From NCBI RefSeq assembly GCF_009914755.1, contig NC_060926.1: a stretch of DNA of 64,000 bases. One strand, written 5' to 3'. Shown in pieces: positions 1 to 22,382 of the stretch. Under the pieces are notes generated by a model. The model made no database searches, had not been told where the DNA came from, and worked only from the letters and a program-made list of their open reading frames with translations. The DNA is from the human T2T-CHM13v2.0 reference genome, Homo sapiens. A program made the translations under genes and the position numbers. Numbering within the stretch: position 1 is the first letter of the stretch; the number at the start of each line of letters is the position of its first letter.

Positions 1-13
1 ATTCTCTTTCCAG

Positions 14-6034
<6,021 letters not shown>

Positions 6035-6158
6035 AAGAAAGCTGGATCTGATGAGGCCTTCCAGGGATTATGTTGAACAAATATCAAATTTCTTTCCACG
6101 AACAATATTTAAAGATATTTCTCTTGCTCTATATTCACTAGATATTTAGCTTTATAAA

Positions 6159-6164
6159 AATAAA
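6159..6164 (+). terminator. Probable NMS polyadenylation signal (AATAAA); short 3'UTR of ~150 nt
   Basis: First AATAAA after the stop codon, followed within 10-45 nt by TGTGTG and T-rich tracts. Confidence 0.65.
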
Positions 6165-6173
6165 GTAGCATTG

Positions 6174-7500
6174 TGTGATACTGTGAAATATATATTTGGT
6201 CTTTGTCCATATTTCTTGACATACAAGTTCTAAAATTCTTGAAAATTTCAAAATGTTCAGTGTTTCTTTGTATGCTGATGATTGGCAGAGGCTGGCAGCC
6301 CCTAGGTGGCTTTGAGATGGGGCTGGTCACCAGGAAGACCAAGGCAGGACTAGAGGATTTGGACTTTCAGCCCAACCCCAATCTCCAGGGAGAAGAGACA
6401 CTGAAAGTTCAGTTGGTCACCAATGGCCAATGTTTTAATCAGTCATGCCTATTGTGAAATTAAACAATTCAAACTTAAGGCTGTTAGAACTTTAAATGAT
6501 TTGAGCCTTGAGAGAAATGTGACTGTGTGGCCTCAGTCGTGTAACATGCAGCTGCCACTTTGGCTTCTCCAATTATAGATGAACTCCCTTCCTTATTTTT
6601 TGTTCTGTAAAATGACTAAAAAAGACTGGATGACACCAGAGATAAGACCCCTCCGCTCTTAATTACTGACCTTTGTTAGAGATTAACTTCTTCCTTTATT
6701 GTCTTGCACTCAACTCAGACCAGATGACGCAGAAGACCCCATGACTATTACATCCTCAATGTGGGATGTTAAATACCCATCCCGAAAAAGAACACAGCCT
6801 ATAACCAGTCCAGTTGTTGTAACTATGCACTAACCTTGTCCGGACAACGTTAAAATCCTATTGAACTTCCTGAAACCTTGCCAATATCAACAACCCTCAA
6901 ACCTCTCCACTTCAGAATGCTGATTCCATTAGCCTGGAGTTGGCATTTCCAGGTGGCTATTCTCAAGCTTTGAGCTAAAATAGAATAAACTCTGTATTTA
7001 ATCATATTTACTGAATCTCGTTATTTAAGGAGGACACTATGTAACCCCAAGCTTCCATAAAAACCCAAAAGGACAGGGTTTTAGATAGCTTTTAGATGGC
7101 TGGACACATGGAGGTTGCTGGAGGGTGGTATTTTCTCATCTGTATCCTTTGTAATACCTTTTATAATAAACTAGTAAATGTGTTTCCCTGAGTTCTATGA
7201 GCCACTCTAGCAAATTAGTCAAACTTCAGGAGGTGGTCATGGGAGCCCCAATTCATAGCCTGTTGGCCAGAAGCACAGGTAAAATAACCCGGGGCTTGTG
7301 GCTGGTGTTGGAAGTGGGGCATAGTCTTGGGGACTGAGCCCTGAACCTGTGGGATCTGACGCCATCTCCAGGTAGATGGTGTCGGAATTAAATTGGAGGG
7401 CACCAGCTGATATCTGCTGCAGAACTGATTGCTTGCTTGGAGGAAAACCCCACAGGCATTGGGTATGAGAGCAGAGGAAACACTGTTTTTTCCACTCACA
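6174..7500 (+). mobile_element. MER21-like LTR, split by a nested LTR at 6453-7036
   Basis: Starts tgtgatactgtgaaatatatatttggtcttt; continues after the insert with ...cctgtgggatctgacgccatctccaggtagat... Confidence 0.7.
6453..7036 (+). mobile_element. ERV1-class solo LTR (MER4 group; subfamily uncertain) nested in MER21
   Basis: TG...CA termini, 4-bp TSD CTAT (6449-6452 / 7037-7040), internal AATAAA near 6984. Confidence 0.75.
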
Positions 7501-8021
7501 CTGACACGTTATTTTCATATCCTATTGGAAAGTCTTGGGGGATGGGAGGATCGGGTATATGATTTTTTTAATAATAGGACATATTTTTAAAATTCACCAT
7601 CTTTGGCATTGGCTTAGCATGGCCTAGCTATCTATCTTGTTGTTATTGAGGACTGAGGGATGGGATTGGGATAGGCAGGATGGCTCCAGATCCTGACTCC
7701 TCTACTTTTAGCTGGGTGACCTTGGACAGGTCACTTCCCATTCCTGTGCCTCGGTTTCCTCTATGGTAAAATGGTGTTGGTATGGTAATCATAGTAACTT
7801 CTTCACATAGACTTTGTGAGGACTAAGAAGGTGGTCCATATGGGAGCATTTTGGCATGGTGGGACACAGTGAACAGTAAATAACCATTGGCTCTGATTAT
7901 ATTCAGATGGCTTTCATCACACAACGTGTACCAAAGGGACTCTAGGGCTGTTTCTTTATTGCTGACAGCATTAAGTTAAGGCACAGCAACCCCAGATTCT
8001 CTTAAGAAGCCACAAGGCTCA

Positions 8022-9060
<1,039 letters not shown>

Positions 9061-10404
9061 CTCAGCCTTTCTTCTCAGCCTCCTCCTCTGTAAATATCTG
9101 TGTTTGCATTTGACTAGAAGGAGTCTAGAAGACCTCCCAAGATTATCCTATGGAGGAGATGAGGCAGAAGATGTGTGTTCAATGCAAGGAGGGACCCTAA
9201 TGACATGACCTAAATCACACTGGCTATTCCTTCTTTTAACTTCTCAAGAGCTTCATCAAACTTAAAAGTCCTCCTTTTAAAATGTCAGTTAGAATTTGTT
9301 TTTGTATTTTAGCGTTTGTAAGCCTCTGTATTAAGTCCGAAGCCTATTTCTTGAATAGGATGTTTTAAGACCCCTCAGTAGATCTTGCCACACAGAGATG
9401 AGATGAGCAAACCTAGTTCTGCCTGGTATTTTTCTGAGTGCACGGGTGCAGGGGAGGGACCAAGCCACTGGCCCAGTGCTCAGCATTTGTAGGGAGCAGG
9501 TCGGGTTTGATGAACAGAGTACAGTGTTGGTGTGAGAAGCTGCTAACATCAGTCTTCAGAAACAATCTCAGGATTTGGGAGTTGACCAAAGATAGTAGTT
9601 TCTACCCCAAACAGAGCCTCAGAATCCTCTTTGCTAAACCAGTAATAATAAATCCCACCTCAATGGAGGGTCCATACCCTTGACACAAGGCCAGGGGGAT
9701 GATGGTTAAAGAGAGTGGGGCAGGCCTAGGAGACCCCTGTTTCTCAGGAACACTATGTGAGCTAAAAACTCTTCCTTGGCAAAGCCTGTCTGTGATGCTA
9801 GGGAGCTGGAGACAGACTCTGCCTTCCCAGACATCACCTCACTCTTTTTTCCCACAGCAGTGTCCAGCAACACTCTACCAGTGCCAATGAATCCAGAGAT
9901 GAAATGAGACTCTAATTGACAGTTTCTACACTGTGAGAACTGGGCCTCCCCACCTATGGAGCTGGGCTGCTTTTGGCCTGGTTTCCCATGAAAAGGAGCC
10001 TTATAAGGTTACTCTACCCTAGTGTCCTTTCTAATAAGTTTGAATCCAAGGCCCAGATTCAGTCACTGGATGGAGGATGCTCGCCTACTTAGTGCTGGCA
10101 CTCACTTTACCAGGAGAGGCCACACCCCAGCCCATTGCACAGGGTCACGTTGTGGCCTTCAACAAGATCAGGGGTCCATGTCTGGCCAGGACAGAGCTGT
10201 GAAAGGGACTTCTTAGAACCTTGGAGTGGGCAGAGGTCTCATTGATCATTCAGCCCTGCCTTCTCATGGGCTGCCAAGGAAAAGAGCCCTGAAAGGCAAA
10301 GTGGCCTGCCCAAGGCCACACAGCAACAGGCAGCATGTCTAAGATGAAGCCTGGGTCTTTTGTTTAAAAACCTAGTTGCTTTTTCCACTGTAATATTACT
10401 ATCC

Positions 10405-10860
10405 TGTATTATTTAATAGTTTTATAGGACTGTCATAACAAATAAACAAGACTTGGTGGCTTAAAACAAAAGCGATTTACTCTCTTACAGCTCTGGAGCC
10501 CAGAAGTCCAAAATCAAGGTGTTGGCAGGGCCACACTGTCCCTCGAAAACATCAAGGGAGAGTCTGGCCTTGCCTCGTCTACCTCTGGTGGCTCCAGCTG
10601 CTCCTCTCAACTCGTGGCAGCATCACTCCAGTCTCTGCCTTGCCCTCCCATGGCCTTCTCTCTGTGTCTGTGTCTGTGTCTTCTCCCTTTCACATCTCTT
10701 ATAAAGACACTCATCACTGGATTTAGGCTCTGGCCTGATCTAGGATATTATCATCTTCAGGTCTCTCACTTAATTACCTTCGTAAAGATCTTTTTCTCAA
10801 AGAAGATCCATTCATAGATTCCATGGATTAGGTTGTGGACATATCTTTTGGGGGCCACAG
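10405..10860 (-). mobile_element. MLT1-family MaLR LTR
   Basis: ggcttaaaacaa...ctggag.ccagaagtccaaaatcaaggtgttggcagggcc...ggacatatcttttggggg. Confidence 0.75.
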
Positions 10861-11089
10861 CTCAAGCTGCATCTTTAGGATTACTCCTTGTTGTTCCCCT
10901 CTGGAGCTCAGAGTCCTTTTGCTGGCCCCTGTTCCAAGTGTCCTCTGCAGTCCCACATCCGGAGCCCATTCTTCCACTCTCTCTTTTCAAATAGGTCCGC
11001 TCAGTATCTCACTGGTGCAAACACTTATTCATTCATTCATTCTTTCAATATTTGAATGCCTGCTAGATACAAAGTGTATTAATCATTTA

Positions 11090-11600
11090 TTTTTACTCTG
11101 TATTTTTGATGCTTTGCCATCTTGGGGACTTGCTGACCCTGGAGAGACTGCCCCTCCCAGGGATAATCCCTGGAAATGGCAAGCACCTTGCTTATGAATG
11201 TGCCTTTCAAATGCACACTAACCAATCCAGAGCCCATATCCCCAACCACCTTCTCTATAAGGCTCTCACCCAGGGCCAGGTGCCAGACAACTAGGGACAG
11301 CCTCTATGCCCCTGAATTTGCTGAAGTTATTTAAACTAGCCAATGTCAAGCCCTCTTAAACTGGCTGGCTTGCTCCTTCCCATGAAAATCACAATAAAGG
11401 CTCTTGGCCATGTTTTCCTCCATTACTTCTGCCTCCCAACTGACCCTAGGACTTCCCCAAGTCCCCTCTACCCCTCTGCATGGCATGGTGGGCCCCTTCC
11501 TCTTGAGAACTTTGAGCCTGAGTATAACAATCTTTTCAATGGCAGTTGCCTCCTGATCTGTTGGCCTCACCATATCCGAATACTAATAAAACCTATAGTT
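11090..11600 (+). mobile_element. ERVL-class LTR (MER74/MER54-like)
   Basis: gatgctttgccatcttggggacttgctgaccctggagagactgcccctcccaggg, CCAAT and AATAAA motifs. Confidence 0.55.
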
Positions 11601-12689
11601 TAAACCACCAATCCTGGCTGGGATAATGGAACTGCATAAGGTGTAGGTTGTGCTGTCACTCAAGCCAGTCCCGAGTGAAGCCCAATAGCTTATCGTGGGT
11701 GAGTGGGTACTCTTCTCCCTGTTATTCCCCAGAATCAGAAGGAGAAGAGACCTTGGAGACATTGGAGGACTTTGTAAATCCAAACCCATGGCCAGAGCAG
11801 ATGGGCCCCCCAGTTCTGGTGGGGGTTATCCATGTTCTTCTTCAACATCTCTGGGGCAGGAGCTCACAGCTTCATGGGGCATTCACTTTGTCTTCAGACA
11901 GATAAAAACAGTGGGACTGTTCCCAGGAACCAAACTGACCTTTAGTGATCACTTTTCTTATTTCCATTTATTGAAAAATGTATTGTTTAATAATTCATTC
12001 TAGAAATTGTATCTTAACAGGGTACCCCTGGGTTCTTGGAAGAGATGTTTTGAGGTACAGGCCCTGGCCACTCCTTGCCCCAGACATCACACCCCAGAGA
12101 ACCTCTCCCATATTCCAAAACGAAGACTGGCCTTGAACCAGCCTTAACACGAATTTTCAAAGGCACCTTGTTTGGGGGCAATTTCTACCTCCTCTGAATC
12201 TCCCCATAGACTGAGGATCCCTCCTGAAAGCAGCTCAAGGAGAACGTATAGAATTATATTCATACCAATGCAGTTAATACACAATTTTTCAGGAGTTGTG
12301 TGGCACAGGGAAGAAGAGTGGACCTTTTGCTCCCTCCCATTCCTGCTGTGCAACTCATCTGTATGTGACCTTAGGCTCTGGAGTCGGAAAGCCTGGGTTT
12401 AATCCTGGCTGTCAGACCTTGGTTAAATTTTCAACCTCCTTCTCCATCCTCAATTTCTATCACTTGTAATACTGTAAGAAGATTGCTACTGTTGGGAGAC
12501 AATCCTCTATGGGTTTCCTGCATTTCTGCACACCTTGGGAGCAGAGACACTGATTTCCCTTTCTTCCTGTCTTTTCAAGGTTGTTTGTGCAGAGAATTGC
12601 CTTGGAAGATACAGACAATGTCTCCTTCCAGAGTAAAGGGCAAGGCATATTTACTGCCCATTAATCTGTTTGTTTGTTTGCTCGCTTGC

Positions 12690-13500
12690 TTTTTCTCTAG
12701 CTGCGTTTAAGATTTTTCTCTGATCTTTGGTTTTCAAAAGTTTTACTTCTATGGCTAATCTGTCTGGGCGTGACTTTGCTTGGAGTTCATAGGATGTCAT
12801 ATCTCTATTGCCTGATATATTTTGTCAGCTTTAAAAAATTCTCTGCCATTATTTCTGTAAATATTGATATTGATACTTTCTTTTTCTCCAATTATATTTA
12901 TATTAGTTCTGTTCACTGCAATCTATCCATCCCCCACACTGTCTTGACTGCCTGGTGCTCATGATGAATATTTTCCTTTGATTTAACTTCCAGTTCACTA
13001 ATTTCTATTTGGCTGTATATCTTATATTACTAGGACCACTGCTGTATTACTAATTTTGCTATTATATTTTTCTGTTACAGAATTTCTATTTGTTCATTTT
13101 ATAATTTCTAGATTTCTGATTAAATTTTTCATCTTTTTTTCTCCTTTAACATAGAAAATTTTAGAGTCAGTTTCTGATAACTATATTATCTCCATCTCAT
13201 TTATGTCAGTTTCTACTGTCTGCTATTTCTCTTATTTTTATTTATTATCCACTCTTACTCTTACAGTTCTTTAGGGTCCTAACTGAAATAGTTGAGAGTT
13301 TGTCATGGGTTCTCCCATTGCACACACTAGTCTGTAATTTTTACCCCTTCATCCCATGGGAGTGACATAAATTGCTGCCCAATTTTCAATATCACAACTA
13401 CTTTTCCTGAAATCTTCAGACATCCCTAGAAGAGATGTACCAGCCCCAAAGACTCGGCTTTCCTTTCTGGGCCTATATGTCAATCAGATCTTGGTCCCAT
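12690..13500 (-). mobile_element. Highly diverged L1M fragment
   Basis: T-rich antisense ORF1-like sequence (aaattctctgccattatttct, cttccagttcactaatt). Confidence 0.5.
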
Positions 13501-14005
13501 AAGTCTCCACTGCCACATTACTCTTTGTAATATCTAGGTACCAGAGAAAGTCTTGCAAAGTCCTTGAAGGCACAAGGACAAGAGTGTTCACATGGTTTGT
13601 TAAGCAAAAGGGTTATTAAGAACTCAGATGTCCTTTAACAAGACAAGAGATGAATAAATGCTGTGTTATTCATAGAAATCAAATGTATAGAGTAGTGACA
13701 ATGAATGAACCATTTGCATGAAGTTAGACGAGCCTTAAAATCATGATGTTGAGTGAAACAAGCAGGATGCTTTTTACAGCAAGATAACATTTATATAAGT
13801 TCAGCACCTTGGTGAGGATAAACATCAAATTTAGGAGATCAGTGACTCCTGGGAAGACTGATACAAACCAGAAAGGCTACAGAGGGGCTTCAACTATACT
13901 GGAAATTTTTTTTCTTAAAGTGGTGGCAGGTACCTTGGATGTCAATTGTGTAAAAAGTAAGAATTTATATATGAAGAAAATAATTTATAAGAAAACACAG
14001 GAAGA

Positions 14006-14328
<323 letters not shown>

Positions 14329-14661
14329 TCAAGGAGAGAGGTGGTTCTTGAAGTGGTCCTTTGAGGATCCATAGGATGCCCATCTATGGTGATGGAAGAG
14401 AGAGTGTCCCTAACAAAGAGGATAACACAAAGATAGGGAAGTGGCACTATACAGGGTATGCTCCAGGGACAAGTATACTGGTCTGACCAGAGGGCAGAGG
14501 GCATAGCAGAGGGGTCTTCATGCCTTCTTCCACTACAAACCTCCTTCACCCTAACCCAAACACACATACACACACACAACCAAGAAACAGACTGACTGGG
14601 TTCAAATTCCACCTTTGCCTCTTACTATCATCATTCTGTGCCTCAGTTTCCTCACCATTAA

Positions 14662-15177
<516 letters not shown>

Positions 15178-15393
15178 TGAAATCTCTCCCTCTTCTGCAT
15201 CAAATTAGTGATTAGCCTTTGAGTACACTAGAGGTCTAAGAGCTGGGTTAGGGGCTCAGCTCTGTCATTGACAACTACCTGTGTGATCTTGGAAAACTTA
15301 CTTAACTTTTCTGAGCCTCAGTTTACTCATCTGTAAGATGGGGCAAATGATAGCATCTACAACATAAGCCTGATATTATGATTAAACATGTTG

Positions 15394-15990
<597 letters not shown>

Positions 15991-16349
15991 TCACAGATAT
16001 TTTGCCTTGAGTTTCCATTTCTGGAAGCCTGGAATAGTTATGTTTCCTGAGTATGTACTCTTTCAGGCATGGTAGTGGGTACTCCCACAGTCCTGCTAAG
16101 TAGTATTAGAGTAATGCTAGTTACTGCCACATAAACCATGAGATCTGAGTGACTTACCCCAGCAGAGTTTTATTTCCATCACTCACATGGTCTCCTGCAG
16201 GCATGTCTGGTTATTCAGAGTCTGGATCCTTCTGCCTTATAGGCTCTGCTCAAGATTGGCTCCAGGGCCAGTGAGTTCTCAACAGTGTAGTGAGAGGATA
16301 GGGAGAGAAGGCAGTATGTCAGGAAAGAGAATTTCTATGGACCAGGCTA

Positions 16350-16649
16350 TTTTTTTTTTTTTTTTTTTGAGACGGAGTTTCTCTCCGTTGCCCAGGCTGG
16401 AGTGCAGTGGCACGATTCGGCTCACTGCAAGCTCTGCCTCCTGGATTCACACCATTCTCCTGCCTCAGCCTCCCCAGTAGCTGGGACTACAGACGCCCGC
16501 CACCACGCCTGGCTAATTTTTCTGTATTTTTAGTAGAGACAGGGTTTCACCGTGTTAGCCAGGATGGTCTCGATCTCCTGACATCGTGATCTACCCACCT
16601 CGGCCTCCCAAAGTGCTGGGATTACAGGCGTGAGCCACCACATCCGGCC
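16350..16649 (-). mobile_element. AluY-type
   Basis: Diagnostic gcaagctc..., accattctcc, gtgttagccaggatggtctcgatc; TSD ccaggctatt. Confidence 0.9.
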
Positions 16650-17841
16650 CAGGCTATTTCTTTTACTAGAACACAGTCTATAACTGTGTCTGACTGCAAA
16701 TGAAGCTGGAAATGCAATCTACCTGTGTGACCTGGAAGGAGAGGCCAAGCTGGCAGAGAGCTAGCTAGTCTCTGCTGTAGTGGGAGTATTATCCCTAGGG
16801 GATAAGAAATCTTAGACTTACAGAAATTACATACTTGCTCAAGGTCTTTCACTAAATGGCAGAGTCAGACTTCAAACCCAGGTCCCACTGGCTTCAATAT
16901 CTGTAGCTTGTCACCATCTAAGCTGTCTCACAGGGGCACAGAATTATCCCTGGGCTGAGTCCCGCAATCAGATGGGATGAAGGTACAGGGCCCAGTTGGA
17001 TGTGAAATCACAAAGCCACAATCCCTATCATCAGAGTCATTGAATTGTTAGGTGGAGGTGATGTACCTTGTGTAAGAGCACAACAAGGCAAGGGTTTGCC
17101 ACAGCCAGGTAAAGCCAGGGTGGCATCTAATGTGGGGCTGAAAAGAAGTCCCAGTGGGCAGCATATTTGGGGGAGGTTAAGAAGGGACCCTCCTCCACTT
17201 TTGCTGAGGGTTTCAGATTATTTCCCTACCCAACATTCTTCAGAAAGTCTGGCTTCCTGAGTCTTTCTAAAGGTATTTACCTTGTGTAAGATAAGAAAGA
17301 AAACAAGCATGCATGCCCTGAACCAACCCCTTTGGAGAGTTGGAAAAATTCCACTTGTGAACAATTTTATTTGTACTCAATTCTCTGATTCCTTTGCTAA
17401 CTCTTGGTATTTCAGTTTACTATTAAGCCCATCAACTTGCCTCAAGAGATTAAGTCACAATCAATAGGAACTGAAGGAAAAGATGGTAGGAGTTATTTTA
17501 TTTAGATAGTTCATCTCTGTCTTCTGGATGTTGGTGAAATGGAATTTAGGAAATTGTTCTAATAAAGCAAAGCTCAGGGGAGGAAGCTTTCAGCACATGG
17601 CAGCAACACAGATGCTGGGTCACTGGGCCGCCAGCTGGTAGACCACGCGGCTGCAGACTCAGAAGGGGAGGTGGCTGAGGGAAGCACTCCCATTTGTAAG
17701 CAGGACCTTAAGCAGGTGAAGAAGAGTGAGAAGTGTTTGTGGGAAGGAGAGCTACAGGAGAGTAATTTTACCCTCGATTGGCACTTACATGATGGACAGG
17801 ATTGTAAAGTGTACCTTTTTATCAGGGGATAAGATCCCCTC

Positions 17842-18340
17842 TTATAACTGAACCCAGGTTTGGCCGCTCGCCACTCAAAAGGCAAACTCAAGAGACAAGA
17901 GTTGGTGAGAGGAAAAGCAGGTTTGTTCAGGAGCTGACAACCTGAAGAGATGGTGGGCTAGTGTCACAAAGACCATCTCAAGTTTCCCAAGCTGGCCAGA
18001 GGGTTTTTATAGGAGGGAGGATATGGAGAAGCTTTGTGCATGGGTTGACTATATGTGGGTCAGTATATCTAGTCTTGATGACCATCTTGAGCAATGAACC
18101 GTCTGCTGGTCTGGCTGGCACCAGCTTGACTGCAACAGGAATACACATTAACTGCTCAGCATTCTTCCCAAGGTGAGATATTCTGCAACCTTAATTCTGT
18201 GCTTAGTTTTTCAAGGCCAGTTTTTGGAGTTCTTTAAGCAGAGCATATAAATAGCTTTGCTATTCATAAAATGAAGAGGAAAAAAAAGGAAAACAAAGAA
18301 GAATAATTGTTTTTCAAGATAGGGTGGTAGTTTCTGTTAC
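17842..18340 (-). mobile_element. ERV1 LTR remnant (MER31/MER67-like)
   Basis: gaacccaggtttggccgctcgccactcaaa...gagacaagagttggtg...gaccatcttgagcaatg. Confidence 0.45.
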
Positions 18341-18963
18341 ACTCTCACTCCGCTAGAAAACAGAGACATTTTGGTAATGAGATTTGTATTATCCAGAACA
18401 AAAGATCCAATAATATGGTGGGTTAAAGAACAAATAAGTTTTTCTCTCTAGCTTGCAGTCTGTATGTAGATGGCCCAGATTGGTGGAGCAGCTCTATTCT
18501 TTAAGCCGTTCAGGAGAGCAGGGCCCTGGAAATCATTGCCTCACTCTACCCTGTATCATGAAGGCTGGGTTTCCACCAGTCTGTGCTCCAGCTTGGTGAC
18601 ATGCATGCAGAATGACTTAAGGCCCAGGCCTTGAAAGGGCAAACATTACTTCCCTCCCATGGAGATAAATCAGCAATAGGGTCACACTCAGGAAGTGTCC
18701 TAACTGGGTGGCCATGTCCAACTACAACCCTGTTGCCTTAGATTTAGAAGAAGAGAGAGGGTCTAAAGGAGATGGGTTCATGGCCCAGTGACTGTAAGAA
18801 GAGTTGGAGATGTGGAGCTGCCCTGGGAAGCCAAAGTGAGGGGCTGTGTCTGCTGAAGAGATCCTGGGTGAGGGAAGACAAACTAAGCAGTCAAGAGATT
18901 CCATTCCTGAACATTCTTGTGACTATTCTCCGAAAGGGTGAGAAGGGATGACTGGAACTTTCA

Positions 18964-19396
<433 letters not shown>

Positions 19397-21379
19397 CTAC
19401 TCCAGCTTAGTGAGGAGGAGATTCTCAGCAAGGGCTCTGTGGACCCACACGAGGTCGATTTCCCTGAACGTTCTCCTCTGGTAACCTAGACTTTACTCTT
19501 GCCCCCGTACTACTCGTATAATTTCTGATCTGAGTCTGTCTTCATTTCCACACATTTAAACACCATGAGGGCAGGAATCCCAACGTTCTAGGTCAGTGCA
19601 GTGCACAGAGTTCTTAACACATGCTCAACACATAGTAGGTACTCAGTTAATAACTACAAATTGAATTTCTATGAGGCCCTCTGAATTGCTGCCAAACAGG
19701 AGAATGGCTTGGATTGACACGAAGGAAGAGGCTGAGGTCTTATGCAGGTCTTATGCAGGAAACACTCCAGGGTTTCAGAGCCACCTCAGGGCTTTAGGCA
19801 GAGCATCTGACCTTCCCAGGTCTTGCCTGCAGCAGACTCAGCACTCCAACCAGCCAAGCACTACTGGGAGCTCAGGCTGACAGCCCAGCCTAGCACCTGA
19901 GTCACTGGGATTCCTCAGAACAGACCCATCCCATGGACCCGTGCAGTGCCCACGAACACGGTCACTGCACATGCTGCCAGCTGCTACGGCCTGCACTGAA
20001 GAGGAGATTAGCACTATCCCCTCCCCACCCTGGAATCCCTATCCACCCTCCCACCGCCTCCCTCTCCTCCACCACCCTCAGATCAGGAGGAAGTCTCTCT
20101 TCATCTCTGCAGTCTCATCTCTGGACACTGCGTCTCATTTCCTTTCTGTTCCCTGAGAACTTCCCTGGGAAGGAGATGGGGTTGGAGAGGCTGCCCAGTC
20201 TCTACCACACCTTGAAGGGAGATCTTCCTCACTGCCTTAAGTATTTCCAGATCAAGTGTCCTTCATCCTCCCCTAAATGTCCACTTCTTGGGGGCTCATT
20301 TCTTCTGGTTAATCCATCCTACATCCCCTCAGTTCTGTCATCTAAGGCCATCCTGGCTGTACTCCCTCTTTTCTTGAGTGATGTGGCAATTTGTTCACGG
20401 TCCACCTCTCTTCATGGCCTGTGCCATCCAGGTTAGCCTCCATGACCTGTGGATACACCTCTGATACTATGGCCTTGGACTTCTTGATCTCACCAATAGA
20501 GCCTTTCCCCGCTTCATTCTGGTACCCACTGGCTGTCTTCCCAACCTCAGGGCAAGCCTCTTGAAGACAGGGGCTGCACCTAATTCATCTTTAAGTTCTG
20601 AGGACTTAGAACAGTGTTCACCTGAGAGAAGGCTCTTGATAAATGTTTGAGTGAATGGATGAATAGATGAACATGTGAAAATGAGTGCCTAGTCCACATT
20701 CGAGGTATTGAAGTAATATACTAGCTTAATAATTCAGACAGACAAATTAATCAAGTCATAAAGCTCCTAACAATAGTTTGCCTTAAGTATGTGTGCAAGT
20801 TCCTCAGGTGGAGAATATTAGTATTATTAATAATTTTAGCGATGGTAATTTGATTAAATGAAAGATTACTGTGCTTGATTCATGGCTGAGAATATTTGGT
20901 CTTTATGTGGGATTGTTACAAGAAATACCTAATGATGTGGGGAGGTGGGGTAGGGACTTATTTGAAATGAAATAAGAAGCAATCCTTGAAAATTTAGTAT
21001 TTAGAACAGAGCTGAGAGTCATCTGCCACAGTTAGAAATGGTTTGAGGATATGCTTCTGTGGCTCACAAATGGTTGCACCAAGAATCAAGTCCTGTGGGT
21101 TCCTTTCTGTCACCTGAGATCTAAAACTGGTAATCAAGTCAAATAAATATATTAAAAACAAACATACTAACAAAAAACATCACCACTAACCCCTTCTTCA
21201 AATACAGGACAAAGGGGTTATTTTTCTTCTGCTAAAGTTTAAGCAGACAAAGGCCATTTAGGGATGAGGCTGTAGTCCAAAAAAACAACATTTTTCAATT
21301 TAATGTAGCTAGGGTGGGCACTCTGGAGGAGCCAGAAAATTGCTGCTTGGTAAGTGGGAGAAGATTTGTTTGTTTGCTT

Positions 21380-22382
21380 TTTCCTACTTTTATTTTCAAT
21401 TCAGGGATATATGTGCAAGTTTGTTACATGGGTACATTGCACGATGCTGAGGTTTAGGGTACAAATGATTCACTCACCTAAGTATTGAGCAGTGTTCCCG
21501 ATAGTTAGTTTTTTCAACCCTTGCCCCCTCCTTCCCTCTTCTAGTAGTCCCCAGTTTCTATTGTTACCATCTTTATATCCATGTATACCCAATGTTTAGT
21601 TCCCACTTATAAGTGAGAACATGTGACATTTGGTTTCTGTTCCTGCATTAAATTGCTTAGGATAATGGTCTCCAACTGCATCCGTGTTGCTGCAAAGGAC
21701 ATGATTTCATTCTTTTTTATAGCTGCATAGTATTCCATGGGGCATACATACCACCTTTTTTTTATCCAGTCCACCCTTAATGGACACCTAGGTTGATTTC
21801 ACGTTTTTGTTATTGTGAATAGCACAGCAATGAACATGTGAGTGCATGTGTCTTTTTGGTAGAATGATTTGTTTTCTTTAGGATATATACCCAGTAATGA
21901 GATTGCTGGGCTGAATGATAGCTGTTTTTAGTTCTTTGAGAAATCTCCAACTGCTTTCCACAGTGGCTGTGCTAATGTACATTCTCACCAACAATTTGTA
22001 AGTGTTCCCTTTTCTCCACAGCTTCACCAGCATCTGCTGTTTTTTGACTTTTTAATAATAGCCATTCTGACTGGTGTGAGATGGTGTCTCATTGTGGTTT
22101 TGATTTGCATTTTTCTGATTAAGGATGTTGAGCATTTTCTCAGATGTTTGTTGGCCACTCGTATGTCTTCTTTTGAGAAGTGTCTGTTCATGTCTTTTGC
22201 CCATTTTTTAATGGAGTTATTTGGTTTTTACTCATTCCATTGTTTAAGTTCCTTGTAGATTCTGGATATTAGACCTTCATTGGATGCATAGTTTGTGAAT
22301 ATTTTCTCCCATTTTGTGGGTTGTCTGTTTACTCCCAATAGTTTCTTTTGCTATGCAGAAGCTCTTTAGTTTAATTAGGTTG
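21380..22382 (-). mobile_element. 5'-truncated L1PA/L1PB (3'UTR and end of ORF2), antisense
   Basis: cccacttataagtgagaacatg, gctgcatagtattccatgg, gtgcagaagctctttagtttaattag; TSD-like gggagaagatttgt / ggaggagatttgt. Confidence 0.9.

Noticed and set aside
19933-20436. Longest non-Alu ORF (167 aa, Ser/Leu/Pro-rich)
   Set aside because: Low-complexity pyrimidine-rich sequence with no recognisable domain, splice structure or promoter
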